From Pseudomonadota bacterium (lineage in GTDB: Bacteria; CALINM01), in assembly GCA_026415985.1 (NCBI GenBank), contig JAOAGA010000001.1, positions 1 to 60,163 on the forward strand: a stretch of 60,163 nt of DNA, in the 5' to 3' direction. Shown in pieces: positions 38,324 through 48,196 of the stretch. Under the pieces are notes generated by a model. The model ran no database searches. It had not been told where the DNA came from and saw only the letters and a program-made list of their open reading frames with translations. Both the position numbers and the translations under genes were made by a program. Positions within the stretch are counted from its first letter, which is position 1, and each line of letters starts with the position of its first letter.

Positions 38324-38360
38324 CAGGGTTAAAGTTTTTCAGTTAAAAACTTTAACCCTG
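38324..38360. terminator. strong hairpin, candidate bidirectional intrinsic terminator
   Basis: A 16-bp perfect stem, CAGGGTTAAAGTTTTT-cagtt-AAAAACTTTAACCCTG, followed by aattttta. It lies between convergent sucD and the 38387-39151 gene. Confidence 0.75.
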
Positions 38361-38386
38361 AATTTTTATAAGATTTATAAAATCTT

Positions 38387-39151
38387 TTAGAAGCCTTCTT
38401 TCAGAACCCTTGCAAGGTTTTTTGCAAGAGTTAGGTTTTCATCTTTAAGAAAATTATTTTGAAATATTGTGTCATCTCCGAAGAAAATAAACTTACCCTT
38501 CCCGATAATTCCCGATGCTATTATCCCGAAAGGACCTTTGGGTTCATTATCATCAAATATTCCGTTTCTATTTAAATCAACCCACGATTTATTGCTTGTT
38601 TTTGCAATTATTAAATCGTCCTTTTCTGAAATAAGCCCCCAGGCTCCGTAAACAGAAAATTTGGTAAGGTTTCTAAAAAGAGTATTATTAGATAGGTTTT
38701 TAATCTCAAAATCAATATTTTTCCCTTTGGTGATAAGATTTTCCGATTCGCTTACGGAACCTCTTGTAATCTCAACACCAAATCTTTTAAAAAGCCCCTC
38801 TGCGGGTAAAGATATATGTAACATAACAACGAGATTCCCACCGTCTGATACGAAATTAAAGAGCTCTTCTGTTTCTTGCTTAGAGATCTCTTTGAATGGC
38901 CCTGAGATAATAACAGATTTATAATCTTTTAAAAAATTTTTTGAGAAAGGGGCATCGCTGGTAAATAACTCAAGCCCTTCTTCTCTGAGAATTTTGGCGA
39001 GATTTGATAATTGTAAGTTACCTTCCTTTGATATTAAAAAGGGCTGACCATGGCCTTCATCAAAAAGGACTTTGTTTAAGTTTTCTGCAGAGGCAGGGCT
39101 GATTAATACTAAAATGGTTAAAAGAAGGAAAAGTTTTTTTATCATTATCAT
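38387..39151 (-). CDS. hypothetical exported protein, possibly DUF4350-like alpha/beta fold
   Basis: Signal peptide ending ASAEN. VLFDEGHGQ and GKFIFFGDDTIFQNNFL resemble DUF4350/GldG-like domains as I remember them. Confidence 0.4.
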   Translation of the reverse strand: MIMIKKLFLLLTILVLISPASAENLNKVLFDEGHGQPFLISKEGNLQLSNLAKILREEGLELFTSDAPFSKNFLKDYKSVIISGPFKEISKQETEELFNFVSDGGNLVVMLHISLPAEGLFKRFGVEITRGSVSESENLITKGKNIDFEIKNLSNNTLFRNLTKFSVYGAWGLISEKDDLIIAKTSNKSWVDLNRNGIFDDNEPKGPFGIIASGIIGKGKFIFFGDDTIFQNNFLKDENLTLAKNLARVLKEGF

Positions 39152-39297
39152 AACTCCTAAGGGTTTTTTATATTTTCTTATATTATTGGACTTTAATCAA
39201 GACAAAAAATGACCTAATTAAGATAAGTTACTGAAAGTTATTAATTACAAGGGTTTTGATATTAAAAAGGGAGAATGTTTATCCTGTCTGACTATCT

Positions 39298-39855
39298 TTA
39301 GGAAATATATTTTCTTAGTTTTATTATGTAGTCAATGCCTGACCATGCGGTTATAATAACAGCTAATATCAAAACATCGTATCCTAATGAATGGAAATCA
39401 AGCGTTACATAATAGGGGTTTCCTATATGATATCTGTAATGAATTAGCAGAAGAAATATAGCAATCATCTGAACAAAGGTCTTGATTTTACCGGAGATCG
39501 AAGCAGGAACCACCTCTCCTTGGATTGCTGCGATATCTCTTAACCCCATTACTATAATCTCACGAATTAAAATTATTAATACCGCCCAAACGGGTACCCA
39601 CCTGTGATACAGAAGAAGTATTAAGCCCGATGTGACGAGAAGTTTATCGGCAAGGGGATCGAGAAACTTACCTAAGTTAGTTACCGATTTCATCTGTCTT
39701 GCGACATAGCCGTCAACCCAATCTGTTAGCGCGGCAAAGAGAAATATCAGTGCGCCATAGAGACATTTATCCTTCGTTGGCTCGTAAAGAAAGTATATAA
39801 CAAAGGGGATCGATAGTATACGGATAAGGGTAATAAGATTGGGTAATGTAAACAT
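39298..39855 (-). CDS. pgsA: CDP-diacylglycerol--glycerol-3-phosphate 3-phosphatidyltransferase
   Basis: CDP-alcohol phosphatidyltransferase motif DWVDGYVAR...GKFLDPLADKL. Confidence 0.9.
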   Translation of the reverse strand: MFTLPNLITLIRILSIPFVIYFLYEPTKDKCLYGALIFLFAALTDWVDGYVARQMKSVTNLGKFLDPLADKLLVTSGLILLLYHRWVPVWAVLIILIREIIVMGLRDIAAIQGEVVPASISGKIKTFVQMIAIFLLLIHYRYHIGNPYYVTLDFHSLGYDVLILAVIITAWSGIDYIIKLRKYIS

Positions 39856-39873
39856 ATTTCCTCTAAAATATTA

Positions 39874-40815
39874 TCATTTTAAAAAAATAGCTCTTCCCTT
39901 ACCCTTTGTAACAATAATGCTGTTTTCTTCGAGAATGACCTTTTCTATCCCAAGCAATAAAAACAGATCTTCTTTATTAATTACGTCTTTTTCATCTATG
40001 TCTTCTATAAAATGATCTCTGTGAGGGATTATAACCTTTTTAGTGCCTCTTATTTTAATAATATTTGATTTGTTGAAAGGTCCTTCAAAGCCTCCATCGA
40101 TACCTACAAGGTATTTTCCGTTAATCCAGATCTCTTCATTCTCTTTAAGGTTAAGAATTATATTGTCGCCTTTGAGTACCACTCTGCCTTCCCCATTTAA
40201 ATAAACATGTTCAATAAAGTTTTCTTTATTTAGTTTCCCGTCGAGGAGGATATACTTATCTTTTACAATCGACCAGCTACCGTAGAAAATTACTTTAGAG
40301 ATGCTGTTTTTTTCTACCACTAAAGCATCGGAAGTTAACAGATCTACGAGAGAGAACTCTTCAAGACCTTCCTGAAGAGAGATCTTTGTCCGTTCTTCTT
40401 CTGTAAGGTTTTTATCTATTATCTTTGATAGGACCTTTTTTGAAGATTTAATATCACCTAATTTTTCATAACAGGCGCTAAGATAAAAGAGGGCGTTTTT
40501 ATGGTCAGGGACAAACTCTATTGTTTTAACAAAAGCATCAATAGCCGATTTGTAGTCTCCCAGTTGAAAATAAGCCTTTCCTAAATTAAAAAACATGGTA
40601 AAACTAATCTGGGAATTAAGTTTTACCATTTTTTTGTAAACATCAATCATTTCCTGGTATTTCTCCAGTTGGAAAAGCACCCAGCTTAAAAGATTTAATA
40701 ACTTCTCATCGTCAGGTAATTTCTCCAACCCCTCTTTAAGTATTTTCTCTGCCTGTTCATAATCGCCACGGTTTATACAGGATAAGGCATCTTTTAAATA
40801 GTCTTTATCTGCCAT
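39874..40815 (-). CDS. TPR-repeat protein with uncharacterised beta-rich C-terminal domain
   Basis: N-terminal TPR-like repeats (YEQAEKILKEGL, GKAYFQLGDYKSAIDAF, LSACYEKLGD). The C-terminal 150 aa are not recognised. Confidence 0.55.
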   Translation of the reverse strand: MADKDYLKDALSCINRGDYEQAEKILKEGLEKLPDDEKLLNLLSWVLFQLEKYQEMIDVYKKMVKLNSQISFTMFFNLGKAYFQLGDYKSAIDAFVKTIEFVPDHKNALFYLSACYEKLGDIKSSKKVLSKIIDKNLTEEERTKISLQEGLEEFSLVDLLTSDALVVEKNSISKVIFYGSWSIVKDKYILLDGKLNKENFIEHVYLNGEGRVVLKGDNIILNLKENEEIWINGKYLVGIDGGFEGPFNKSNIIKIRGTKKVIIPHRDHFIEDIDEKDVINKEDLFLLLGIEKVILEENSIIVTKGKGRAIFLK

Positions 40816-41402
40816 CAGTTAGCCCTTGAAATATTGGTATTTGAATACATTTTATAAAACTCCAAAACCTTTTTAACGTAATTTTTGGTTTCACTGAAAG
40901 GTGGTATTGAATAGTTGTATTTGATAACATTTTTCGGACCTGCATTATAAGCAGCAAGAGCCAGCTGGACATCATTTCTAAAATAATTTATTAGATATTT
41001 TAAGTATTTAATACCTGTTCTGATATTGCTTTCCGGATCGAAGGGGTTTTCACATTCAAAAAGGTTGGCGGTTTCAGGCATTAGTTGCATAAGCCCCATG
41101 GCACCTTTCCTTGATACCGCCTTGGGGTTATAACCAGATTCCGCACGAACTACCGCCTTAACAAGAGGATAATCTACATTATACATTTCTGAATATTTTT
41201 GTATCAGATGGTCATATTTTTTGAAATAGTCTTTGTAGTCTTTTACATTGAAAAAACCGGTTCTTAAGTAGAGCTTATAACCTTTATGAGTTGGGGTATC
41301 AGTAAAGTGTATTACACCGCTTTCATCTTCATAGCGATAAATATCTCCGTATGAAATGCCTGTTAGGGCAAACAGAAAGATTAAAACCTTTATTATTCTC
41401 AT
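40815..41402 (-). CDS. lytic transglycosylase (SLT domain) with DUF4124-like N-terminus
   Basis: AESGYNPKAVSRKGAMGLMQLMPETA and AAYNAGP motifs; N-terminal YRYEDESGVIHFTD. Confidence 0.9.
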   Translation of the reverse strand: MRIIKVLIFLFALTGISYGDIYRYEDESGVIHFTDTPTHKGYKLYLRTGFFNVKDYKDYFKKYDHLIQKYSEMYNVDYPLVKAVVRAESGYNPKAVSRKGAMGLMQLMPETANLFECENPFDPESNIRTGIKYLKYLINYFRNDVQLALAAYNAGPKNVIKYNYSIPPFSETKNYVKKVLEFYKMYSNTNISRAN

Positions 41403-41404
41403 AT

Positions 41405-42589
41405 CTAATTTATTATTTGAATACTTTCAGGAAAAGTTGTCAAGGATAAAAGACCCTTTTTTGTCATTAAATATGTTGTTTCTATTCCTGCCACACCTAA
41501 ATTTGGAATAAAGAATTTGGGCTCTAAAGCAAAGACTACCCCATCAGATATTATCTCTTTTGATGTTTTTGTTAGAATAGGTAACTCATCCAGTTCCAGC
41601 CCTATCCCATGGCCGATATATCCGACACTTCTGCCTCTTGGTCCCATGAATATTTCACTCAGATTATTTTTAATGACTATTTTTTCGGCTATTTTGTAAA
41701 GTTGTGAACATTCTATCTGTTCGTTTTTTAGTTCCCTACTAACTTCATGGATTTGCTGAGCTACCGAGTAGACGGTTGAGTAATCTTCAGGAGGTTTACC
41801 TAAAAAGAATATTCTCGTCATATCTACACAGTATCCATCATAGGAGAAAACAAAGTCTATACTTAAAGGTTCACCTTTTTTTAATTTTTTATTACCTGCT
41901 CCCTGAGAGAAAAAGCTACCCTGACCTTCGCCTGCGGTTGGGGAATCAACATAGGATAAAATTAAAGAGTTCTCCCCTGAAAGGTAATGACCATAAAACA
42001 TCTCCTGGTTAAAGGCGCGGGTTCTTATTATTCCTGTATGACCTTTTTTTCTTGCTATATACTCTGTTTCATAGGCAATATCAAGCTCACTTAAACCCTC
42101 TTTTATAAAATTTTTTATTTCTTCAAAAGTTTCAGTGATAAGTTTGCCTGCCATTTTAATTTTTTCAATTTCCCATTGACTCTTTATCGTTCTGATTAAC
42201 CTGATATTATAAGAAAAATCTATAAACTTTTTCGTGGGAAAGATCTGGCATATCCTGTTGAAATAGCTAACAGGAAGTATATCGAGTTCAAGTCCGATTT
42301 TTTCTAATTTCACATCAACCTGATTGATTATAGATATAATATTTGTTAGCCCTTTTATCTCAATTATGTTTTTTAGGGGGCTTTCTTTTTTTGCCCTTTC
42401 AAAGTCTCTTCTGATAAACAGGAAAGGTTCGCCTTCCTGAGGAACGAAGAGAATACCCTGTTGAAGAGTTCCTGAGAAATAATATAAATCAATTTTTTGG
42501 ATGATAAAAACTGCATCTATGTTTGATCTTGCGAGAGATTTCTGTAAATTTTCTATTCTTGTTTGAATCTCAGAAGCAGGAATAGTCAT
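41405..42589 (-). CDS. M24 family Xaa-Pro peptidase
   Basis: Creatinase-like N-domain plus the pita-bread metal ligand contexts DFVFSYDGYCVDMTR, GHGIGLELDE and ALEP. Confidence 0.85.
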   Translation of the reverse strand: MTIPASEIQTRIENLQKSLARSNIDAVFIIQKIDLYYFSGTLQQGILFVPQEGEPFLFIRRDFERAKKESPLKNIIEIKGLTNIISIINQVDVKLEKIGLELDILPVSYFNRICQIFPTKKFIDFSYNIRLIRTIKSQWEIEKIKMAGKLITETFEEIKNFIKEGLSELDIAYETEYIARKKGHTGIIRTRAFNQEMFYGHYLSGENSLILSYVDSPTAGEGQGSFFSQGAGNKKLKKGEPLSIDFVFSYDGYCVDMTRIFFLGKPPEDYSTVYSVAQQIHEVSRELKNEQIECSQLYKIAEKIVIKNNLSEIFMGPRGRSVGYIGHGIGLELDELPILTKTSKEIISDGVVFALEPKFFIPNLGVAGIETTYLMTKKGLLSLTTFPESIQIIN

Positions 42590-42591
42590 AC

Positions 42592-43185
42592 CTATTTATT
42601 TTCTTCTTTTCCGGGACTCCAGATGATGGCCAGAATATTAGCTGGTTTATCTCCTACACAGCTTACTCTATGGGGGATTTCTGAGTTATAGTAGATGGAA
42701 TCCCCTTCTTTTAGTATCTCTTTAAAGTCTCTTAACTGAACTTCCATCTCACCGTTTAAAACGTAAATGAACTCTTCTCCCTGATGTTTTGAAAGTCCCT
42801 GTGGTTTTAAAGGAGATGGTTCGAGGGTAATAAGGAATGGCTCAAAATGTCTGTCTTTTTTGCCAAAACCTAAAGATTTATAGGTATAACCGTAATTAAC
42901 GCCTTCTTTAGATGCCACTCTTGAGACGGGAACTTCCTGTCCTTTCCTGTCAATAATAAAAGGTTCTTCCTTTTCTTCTCCTAAAAGATTACCAACAGAT
43001 AATTCCAGTGCCTTTGCAACTGTCAGTAAAGCACCTAAGGGAGGGGATATGAGATGATTTTCAATCTGAGAAAGTATTGATTCGGAGTATCCTGTCCTGT
43101 CTGATAACTCTTTTAATGATAAGCCTTTTTGTTCTCTGAAATATTTTATTCTTTCCCCTACCTTAACGATATTTTCCCGTTTCAT
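42592..43185 (-). CDS. XRE-family HTH regulator with C-terminal cupin domain
   Basis: N-terminal HTH (LSLKELSDRTGYSESILSQIEN); C-terminal cupin HQGEEFIYVLNGEMEV...GDSIYYNSEIPH. Confidence 0.85.
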   Translation of the reverse strand: MKRENIVKVGERIKYFREQKGLSLKELSDRTGYSESILSQIENHLISPPLGALLTVAKALELSVGNLLGEEKEEPFIIDRKGQEVPVSRVASKEGVNYGYTYKSLGFGKKDRHFEPFLITLEPSPLKPQGLSKHQGEEFIYVLNGEMEVQLRDFKEILKEGDSIYYNSEIPHRVSCVGDKPANILAIIWSPGKEENK

Positions 43186-43292
43186 AGAAACCCCTTTTTA
43201 TAACGCAACATAACATTTAAATATAAAAATGTTTCACTTTTTCAGATAAGCTTGTAAATTTTTTTCAGTTTATTAAATAACAGCGTTTTTTT

Positions 43293-43856
43293 CTATGTTA
43301 ACTTCAGATTATATCCTGCTAGAATCGCCTTTTCGTTAAGTGGAATCATCTTTTTGTGTTTTTCCGAAACGACTTCTTTAATTGCTGAGATTAAACTATC
43401 CTTTTTCACAACAGAGAATCTTTTTGCAATATATCCCAACATAACCATGTTGGCTAATCTGTCATTTCCTACTACATCTTTTGATATACTATTGGCATTT
43501 ATAAAAATTTTATTTACATCTTCTCTCTCAACCTCTTCAGGTGAGATTATATCGGAATTAATTACCAGATAGCCTCCGCTCCTGATAACATTTTCAAATC
43601 TTTTCAAGGCGGGTAAACTCATAATCATTCCTATCTCAGGATGAGAAGGGATAGGAGAGCCAATCTGTCTATCAGAGATTACAACATAACAGTTTGCAGC
43701 GCCACCTCTCATCTCGACACCATAGGAAGGGAAAAAGGTAACCTCCCGACCATCCAGTAGAGCAGAATAACAGAGAAGATTACCTGCTATAAGTATTCCC
43801 TGACCGCCAAATCCTGAAAAAACAAGGTCTATATAAAAGCTTTTTTTAGAGGACAT
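43293..43856 (-). CDS. 2-oxoacid:ferredoxin oxidoreductase gamma subunit
   Basis: LVFSGFGGQGILIAGNLL N-terminus, typical of OFOR gamma. Confidence 0.9.
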   Translation of the reverse strand: MSSKKSFYIDLVFSGFGGQGILIAGNLLCYSALLDGREVTFFPSYGVEMRGGAANCYVVISDRQIGSPIPSHPEIGMIMSLPALKRFENVIRSGGYLVINSDIISPEEVEREDVNKIFINANSISKDVVGNDRLANMVMLGYIAKRFSVVKKDSLISAIKEVVSEKHKKMIPLNEKAILAGYNLKLT

Positions 43857-44598
43857 CGGGCATCTTCCTTTCCTTAAATACTCCTAAAGGAAAAAACGGT
43901 ATCATCTCTTCCTTTACTCTGTTTAAGGCATCCATTGAACTCATATTCCAGTTTGTAGGGCATGATGAAAGAACCTCTACAAAGGTAAAACCCATATTAT
44001 CTAACTGCATCTCAAAGGCTTTCTTGATTATTTTTTTTGCATCAAACAGATATTTGGGTGTACATACGGAAACTCTTGCTGATAATGCTACTCCTTCTAA
44101 GGTTGCAAGCATCTCTGCCATTCTGATAGGATAACCATCTCGGTGAAACTCTCTTCCGTAAGGTGAGGTCGTTGTAACCTGACCGAGCAGGGTAGTTGGT
44201 GCCATCTGTCCTCCGGTCATCCCGTAAATAGTATTATTAACAAATATTACAGTTACATTTTCCCCTCTGTTTGCTGCATGAACCGATTCTGCCATTCCGA
44301 TTGATGCTAAGTCCCCATCACCCTGATAGGTAAAAACGATCCTTTCTGGTCTTACCCTTTTAACGCCCGTTGCTACCGCTAAACCTCTACCATGAGGTGC
44401 CTCTAAGGAATCAACATCTAAATAGTCGTATAGAAAGACTCCACATCCAACACCGATAACTGCAAGGGCGGAATCTTTTAAATTTAATGAATCTATAGCC
44501 TCAGCAACAAGCTTGTGGACTGTCCCGTGATGACAACCAGGGCAGAAATGAAAACAGGGGTTTTTTAAAACTTCCGGTTTTTTATATACCGCTTTCAT
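43846..44598 (-). CDS. 2-oxoacid:ferredoxin oxidoreductase beta (TPP-binding) subunit
   Basis: FCPGCHHG and TPP motif GDGDLASIG...NNTIYGMTGGQ. Confidence 0.9.
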   Translation of the reverse strand: MKAVYKKPEVLKNPCFHFCPGCHHGTVHKLVAEAIDSLNLKDSALAVIGVGCGVFLYDYLDVDSLEAPHGRGLAVATGVKRVRPERIVFTYQGDGDLASIGMAESVHAANRGENVTVIFVNNTIYGMTGGQMAPTTLLGQVTTTSPYGREFHRDGYPIRMAEMLATLEGVALSARVSVCTPKYLFDAKKIIKKAFEMQLDNMGFTFVEVLSSCPTNWNMSSMDALNRVKEEMIPFFPLGVFKERKMPDVL

Positions 44599-45647
44599 AT
44601 ATTAAAAAGCTCCTTTGCTTTATTAAACAAATCATCCGGTGTTGGAACATAACTACTTGGTTTCCCATAAAATCTGATATTTACGTTTCTGCCAAGAATC
44701 CTCATTACATCGTAGAGCATCTGTCCCGTATTCATCTCTATGACAAAGAAGTTTTTGCAGGTTTTTGTAAGTGAAAAAAGTTCTTCTTCCGGATATGGTA
44801 CAAGACTGATTGGTCTGAATAATCCTAATTTTAAGCCGTTCTCACGGGCTAACTCTATGGTTGATCTCGCAACACGAGCAACCATCCCAAAGGCTACAAT
44901 TATTATGTCGGCATCATCACATAGATACTTATCGAATAAAATCTCATTCTTTTTCATCTCTTCGAATTTTTTATGGAGCTTCCAGTTATGAACTTCAAGT
45001 TCATTCCCTTTTAAGTACAGGGATTTGATAATTTTTTGTCTTTCACCTTTTCTTTCACCGAAGGCCCAGCTCTTTTCAGGCGGTTTTATGCCTTCCGGGT
45101 ATCTTCTTATTAAGGTTTCTCTCATAAGACTAATCATCACATCTGCAAGTATAAGAGCAGGGGTTCTGTATTTATCGGCAACATCGAAGGCTTTTACAGT
45201 TAAATCATACATCTCCTGAACAGAATAGGGAGCAAAAACAGGTATAAAATAATCGCCATGTCCTCCACCTTTCGTAGCCTGATGATAATCTCCCTGAGAT
45301 GCCCCAATTCCACCGAGACCCGGTCCCCACCTTGAGACATTAACAATAACTGCAGGAAGTTCAGAACCAGCCAAGTAAGATATTCCTTCCTGCATAAGAG
45401 ATATGCCGGGACTTGAAGAGGATGTCATTACCCGAAATCCGCAGGAGCTTGCACCTAATAACATATTTATAGAGGCAACTTCGCTTTCTGCCTGAACAAA
45501 CGTTCCTCCAACCTTGGGAAGTTCCCGCGATAAAAACTCAGGAATATCATTTTGAGGTGTAATGGGATAGCCGGCGTAAAACTTAAGCCCACTATCTATA
45601 GCAGCCATAGCAAGGGCGTCTGAGCCTCGTGAAAAGAGCTTATTCAT
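44595..45647 (-). CDS. 2-oxoacid:ferredoxin oxidoreductase alpha subunit (Kor/Vor type; substrate not determinable here)
   Basis: AGYPITPQNDI, QAESEVASINMLLGAS. Confidence 0.9.
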   Translation of the reverse strand: MNKLFSRGSDALAMAAIDSGLKFYAGYPITPQNDIPEFLSRELPKVGGTFVQAESEVASINMLLGASSCGFRVMTSSSSPGISLMQEGISYLAGSELPAVIVNVSRWGPGLGGIGASQGDYHQATKGGGHGDYFIPVFAPYSVQEMYDLTVKAFDVADKYRTPALILADVMISLMRETLIRRYPEGIKPPEKSWAFGERKGERQKIIKSLYLKGNELEVHNWKLHKKFEEMKKNEILFDKYLCDDADIIIVAFGMVARVARSTIELARENGLKLGLFRPISLVPYPEEELFSLTKTCKNFFVIEMNTGQMLYDVMRILGRNVNIRFYGKPSSYVPTPDDLFNKAKELFNI

Positions 45648-45864
45648 TATCCCTCCACACTTCTATTACTACGTCAGGGCACATCTCTGCACAAATACCA
45701 CAGGCAGTGCAGGCATCTTCTTTACTTAAGACAACGTATCTGTAACCAAGTTTATTTAGTTTTTCGCCAATAGATAGTGCCTTTTTAGGGCAATATAAGA
45801 CACAAATCTGACAGCCCTTACACCTTTCCTTATGGATTGTAAGTTTTTTCTCAGTTTTCTTCAT
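45640..45864 (-). CDS. 2-oxoacid:ferredoxin oxidoreductase delta subunit (2x[4Fe-4S] ferredoxin)
   Basis: CKGCQICVLYCP and CTACGICAEMCP. Confidence 0.9.
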   Translation of the reverse strand: MKKTEKKLTIHKERCKGCQICVLYCPKKALSIGEKLNKLGYRYVVLSKEDACTACGICAEMCPDVVIEVWRDNE

Positions 45865-45879
45865 AAGAGATATTCTTGA

Positions 45880-46158
45880 TTATTCTTTAATAAGAGATTT
45901 TTTTAATTCCTTGCCCATCTTAAAAAAAGGAAGTCTCTTAGGCGGAACAGAGACAATCTCGCCTGTCTTTGGATTTCTTCCTTTGCGGGGCTTGTAGCTT
46001 TTAACATAAAAGGTTCCAAACCCTCTTATCTCTATTCTATTGTTATTTTCTATTGCCTCCCTCATTTTTTCGAAGATAAAATCAACAACTTCATTAGCCT
46101 TTTTTTGACTTAGGTTAAGCTCCCTTGAAAGCTCGCTTATAACATCTGATTTCTTCAT
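45880..46158 (-). CDS. HU/IHF family DNA-binding protein (IHF-like)
   Basis: IEIRGFGTFYVKSYKPRKGRNPKTGEIVSVPPKRLPFFK is the HU/IHF beta-arm signature. Confidence 0.9.
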   Translation of the reverse strand: MKKSDVISELSRELNLSQKKANEVVDFIFEKMREAIENNNRIEIRGFGTFYVKSYKPRKGRNPKTGEIVSVPPKRLPFFKMGKELKKSLIKE

Positions 46159-46173
46159 AAGATCTCCTTTCCC

Positions 46174-48180
46174 TTATATTTGAAAAATAATTTTTATTTC
46201 AAAATTATTACCATCTAAATTTACTTTAAGCATGCTATTCATAATGTTTAAAAAGGTTTTCAAGTTATAAAGCAAATAGTAAAGCGTATCATCATAGTCA
46301 TTCCATTTGTCATCATTGATTAGTTTAAAAGTTTCATTCAATGAAGGTTTTATCCTGTCTAAGAAACAGGCAATATTTACAATCAGCCTATTTTCTTCTT
46401 CCTGAGCTTCTAATCCGAAGTTTATGGCACCTGAATTAAGAAGCTCTTCAATAATTTTTTTAAGAACAAAAGCTATTTTATCAAAATCTCCCCATTTTTG
46501 AAAAGATGGAATTTCACTATTGATTTTTAGAATGTCCTGAGGAAGGGTATCCTTAATTTTTTTAAAAATATCTCCAACCTCAAAAATTTGCATGTTAGAT
46601 TCTTCTTCTCCACCAATCCTGTTTATTATACAGAACTCATCTCTCAGTAACTTTAATCTGTTCTCAACCAATGAAATTTTTTCATAACAACTTTTATTTT
46701 TTTCATTGTCTGTAATATTACTGTCTTTATCCAAGTAGTCTAAATAGCCATCGAGCAAAGATAGGTTGTTCGACAGATTCTCGCAGATTCTTTGAATAAT
46801 CTTCTTCTTTTGCCTTTCCTCCCATTTCAAGAATTGGTTTTTTTCAAAAATGTCATTATCTACATTTTGAGCAAGTCTTTTAATCTCTTTTTTGTCCGGG
46901 TTCTCCTGCCTGTTTAAAAACTCAATGTTTGACAGATAAACTGCTATCTGATTACCAACTGCTTCAAAAAACCTTGTCTCTTCTTCCTCAAAATCTGATC
47001 CGGAATGTTTAAAACCTAAAAGTGTTCCCAAATAGATTTTTTGAAATATAAGAGGTTGCCATAGTGTTGATAGATCTTCGAACTTAAGTTTGTTTAGCTT
47101 ATTTATATTTTTTACACTGATTAAACCGGTCTTTTTCCAGTTTATTATCTTTTCAACCCAGTATTCGATTTTTTTAATCTCATTGTTGGCAAGCTTCCTG
47201 TCCTTACTTTGAATAACTTCTCCGTTAAAGATCCCCTCACAGGACAAAATGAGAGTTATGTCAGTAGCTTTAACAAGCCTTCTCAGTTCATAAATGACAT
47301 ATTCAAGCACTTTGCTATAGTGAAGATTGCTTAAGAAAGCCTGAGTTATATTAAAGATTGCGGTAACTTCATTAATCTTGTTTCTTATCTCGGTAACATC
47401 CTGAAGAATGAGAAAGGCACCTGCAAAAAGATTATCTTCATTAAGTAAGTTATAAAAAGACACATGAAAGGTTTTTGTCCCGTAATTAATTACAGTTGAT
47501 TCCTTTACCGGCGCTTTTTCATTTTTAAATCTTTTTAGTATATTCGCCACATATGGATACTCATTGGAGCTAAATATCTCTTCTATATTTTTTCCTACAA
47601 TTAGCTCTTCAAGAAGTCTCATGTTCTCACAAAAGGAATCATTCACAAACAATATCTTTCCGTCTTCATCTATCTGTACTATACCTTCAATGAGGTTTTT
47701 AAAGATAGCTGAATGATTAAGCTCAGTCCTTAAGAGCTCTTTAACGATCTGCCGAGGGTAAATATCAGTAAGGCCCAATATCTTCTTTTCTTTATTAAAG
47801 GCAATTTTTTCAATATCGGGCAGTAGCTCTCCGAAGATATCCTTCATTTTTTCGAAGGGACCTTTTGCAATAAATACATCTGCATAATTTTCCATATCAT
47901 CAGTTTTAATACTTTCTAAGGCAGCAGCAGTTATGAGTATTATAGGAGTGGTTGAGTAGTGTGGAATAGACTTGATATATTTTGCAAGTCTGATACCATC
48001 TACCTTGGGCATAATATAATCAAGAACAAAAAGATCATATTTTTGCTCACGGGCCATATTAAGGGCAATTAGCCCATCGCAAGCTTTATCTACAATATAG
48101 TCAAAGCTACTCAAAATATCGGAGAAAAACTCTAAATAAAATTCATTATTATCAGCAATAAGACACCTTTTCAAGCCCAC
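46174..48180 (-). CDS. response-regulator receiver - PAS - GAF-like protein with degenerate histidine-kinase-like C-terminus
   Basis: REC domain (DLFVLDYIMPKVDG, GTG start) and PAS-like EGIVQIDEDGKILFVNDSF. The C-terminal approximately 220 aa align by eye to DHp/CA but lack the phospho-His and the G1/G2 boxes (see findings). Confidence 0.7.
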   Translation of the reverse strand: MGLKRCLIADNNEFYLEFFSDILSSFDYIVDKACDGLIALNMAREQKYDLFVLDYIMPKVDGIRLAKYIKSIPHYSTTPIILITAAALESIKTDDMENYADVFIAKGPFEKMKDIFGELLPDIEKIAFNKEKKILGLTDIYPRQIVKELLRTELNHSAIFKNLIEGIVQIDEDGKILFVNDSFCENMRLLEELIVGKNIEEIFSSNEYPYVANILKRFKNEKAPVKESTVINYGTKTFHVSFYNLLNEDNLFAGAFLILQDVTEIRNKINEVTAIFNITQAFLSNLHYSKVLEYVIYELRRLVKATDITLILSCEGIFNGEVIQSKDRKLANNEIKKIEYWVEKIINWKKTGLISVKNINKLNKLKFEDLSTLWQPLIFQKIYLGTLLGFKHSGSDFEEEETRFFEAVGNQIAVYLSNIEFLNRQENPDKKEIKRLAQNVDNDIFEKNQFLKWEERQKKKIIQRICENLSNNLSLLDGYLDYLDKDSNITDNEKNKSCYEKISLVENRLKLLRDEFCIINRIGGEEESNMQIFEVGDIFKKIKDTLPQDILKINSEIPSFQKWGDFDKIAFVLKKIIEELLNSGAINFGLEAQEEENRLIVNIACFLDRIKPSLNETFKLINDDKWNDYDDTLYYLLYNLKTFLNIMNSMLKVNLDGNNFEIKIIFQI

Positions 48181-48196
48181 TCCCTACTTTTAAAGC

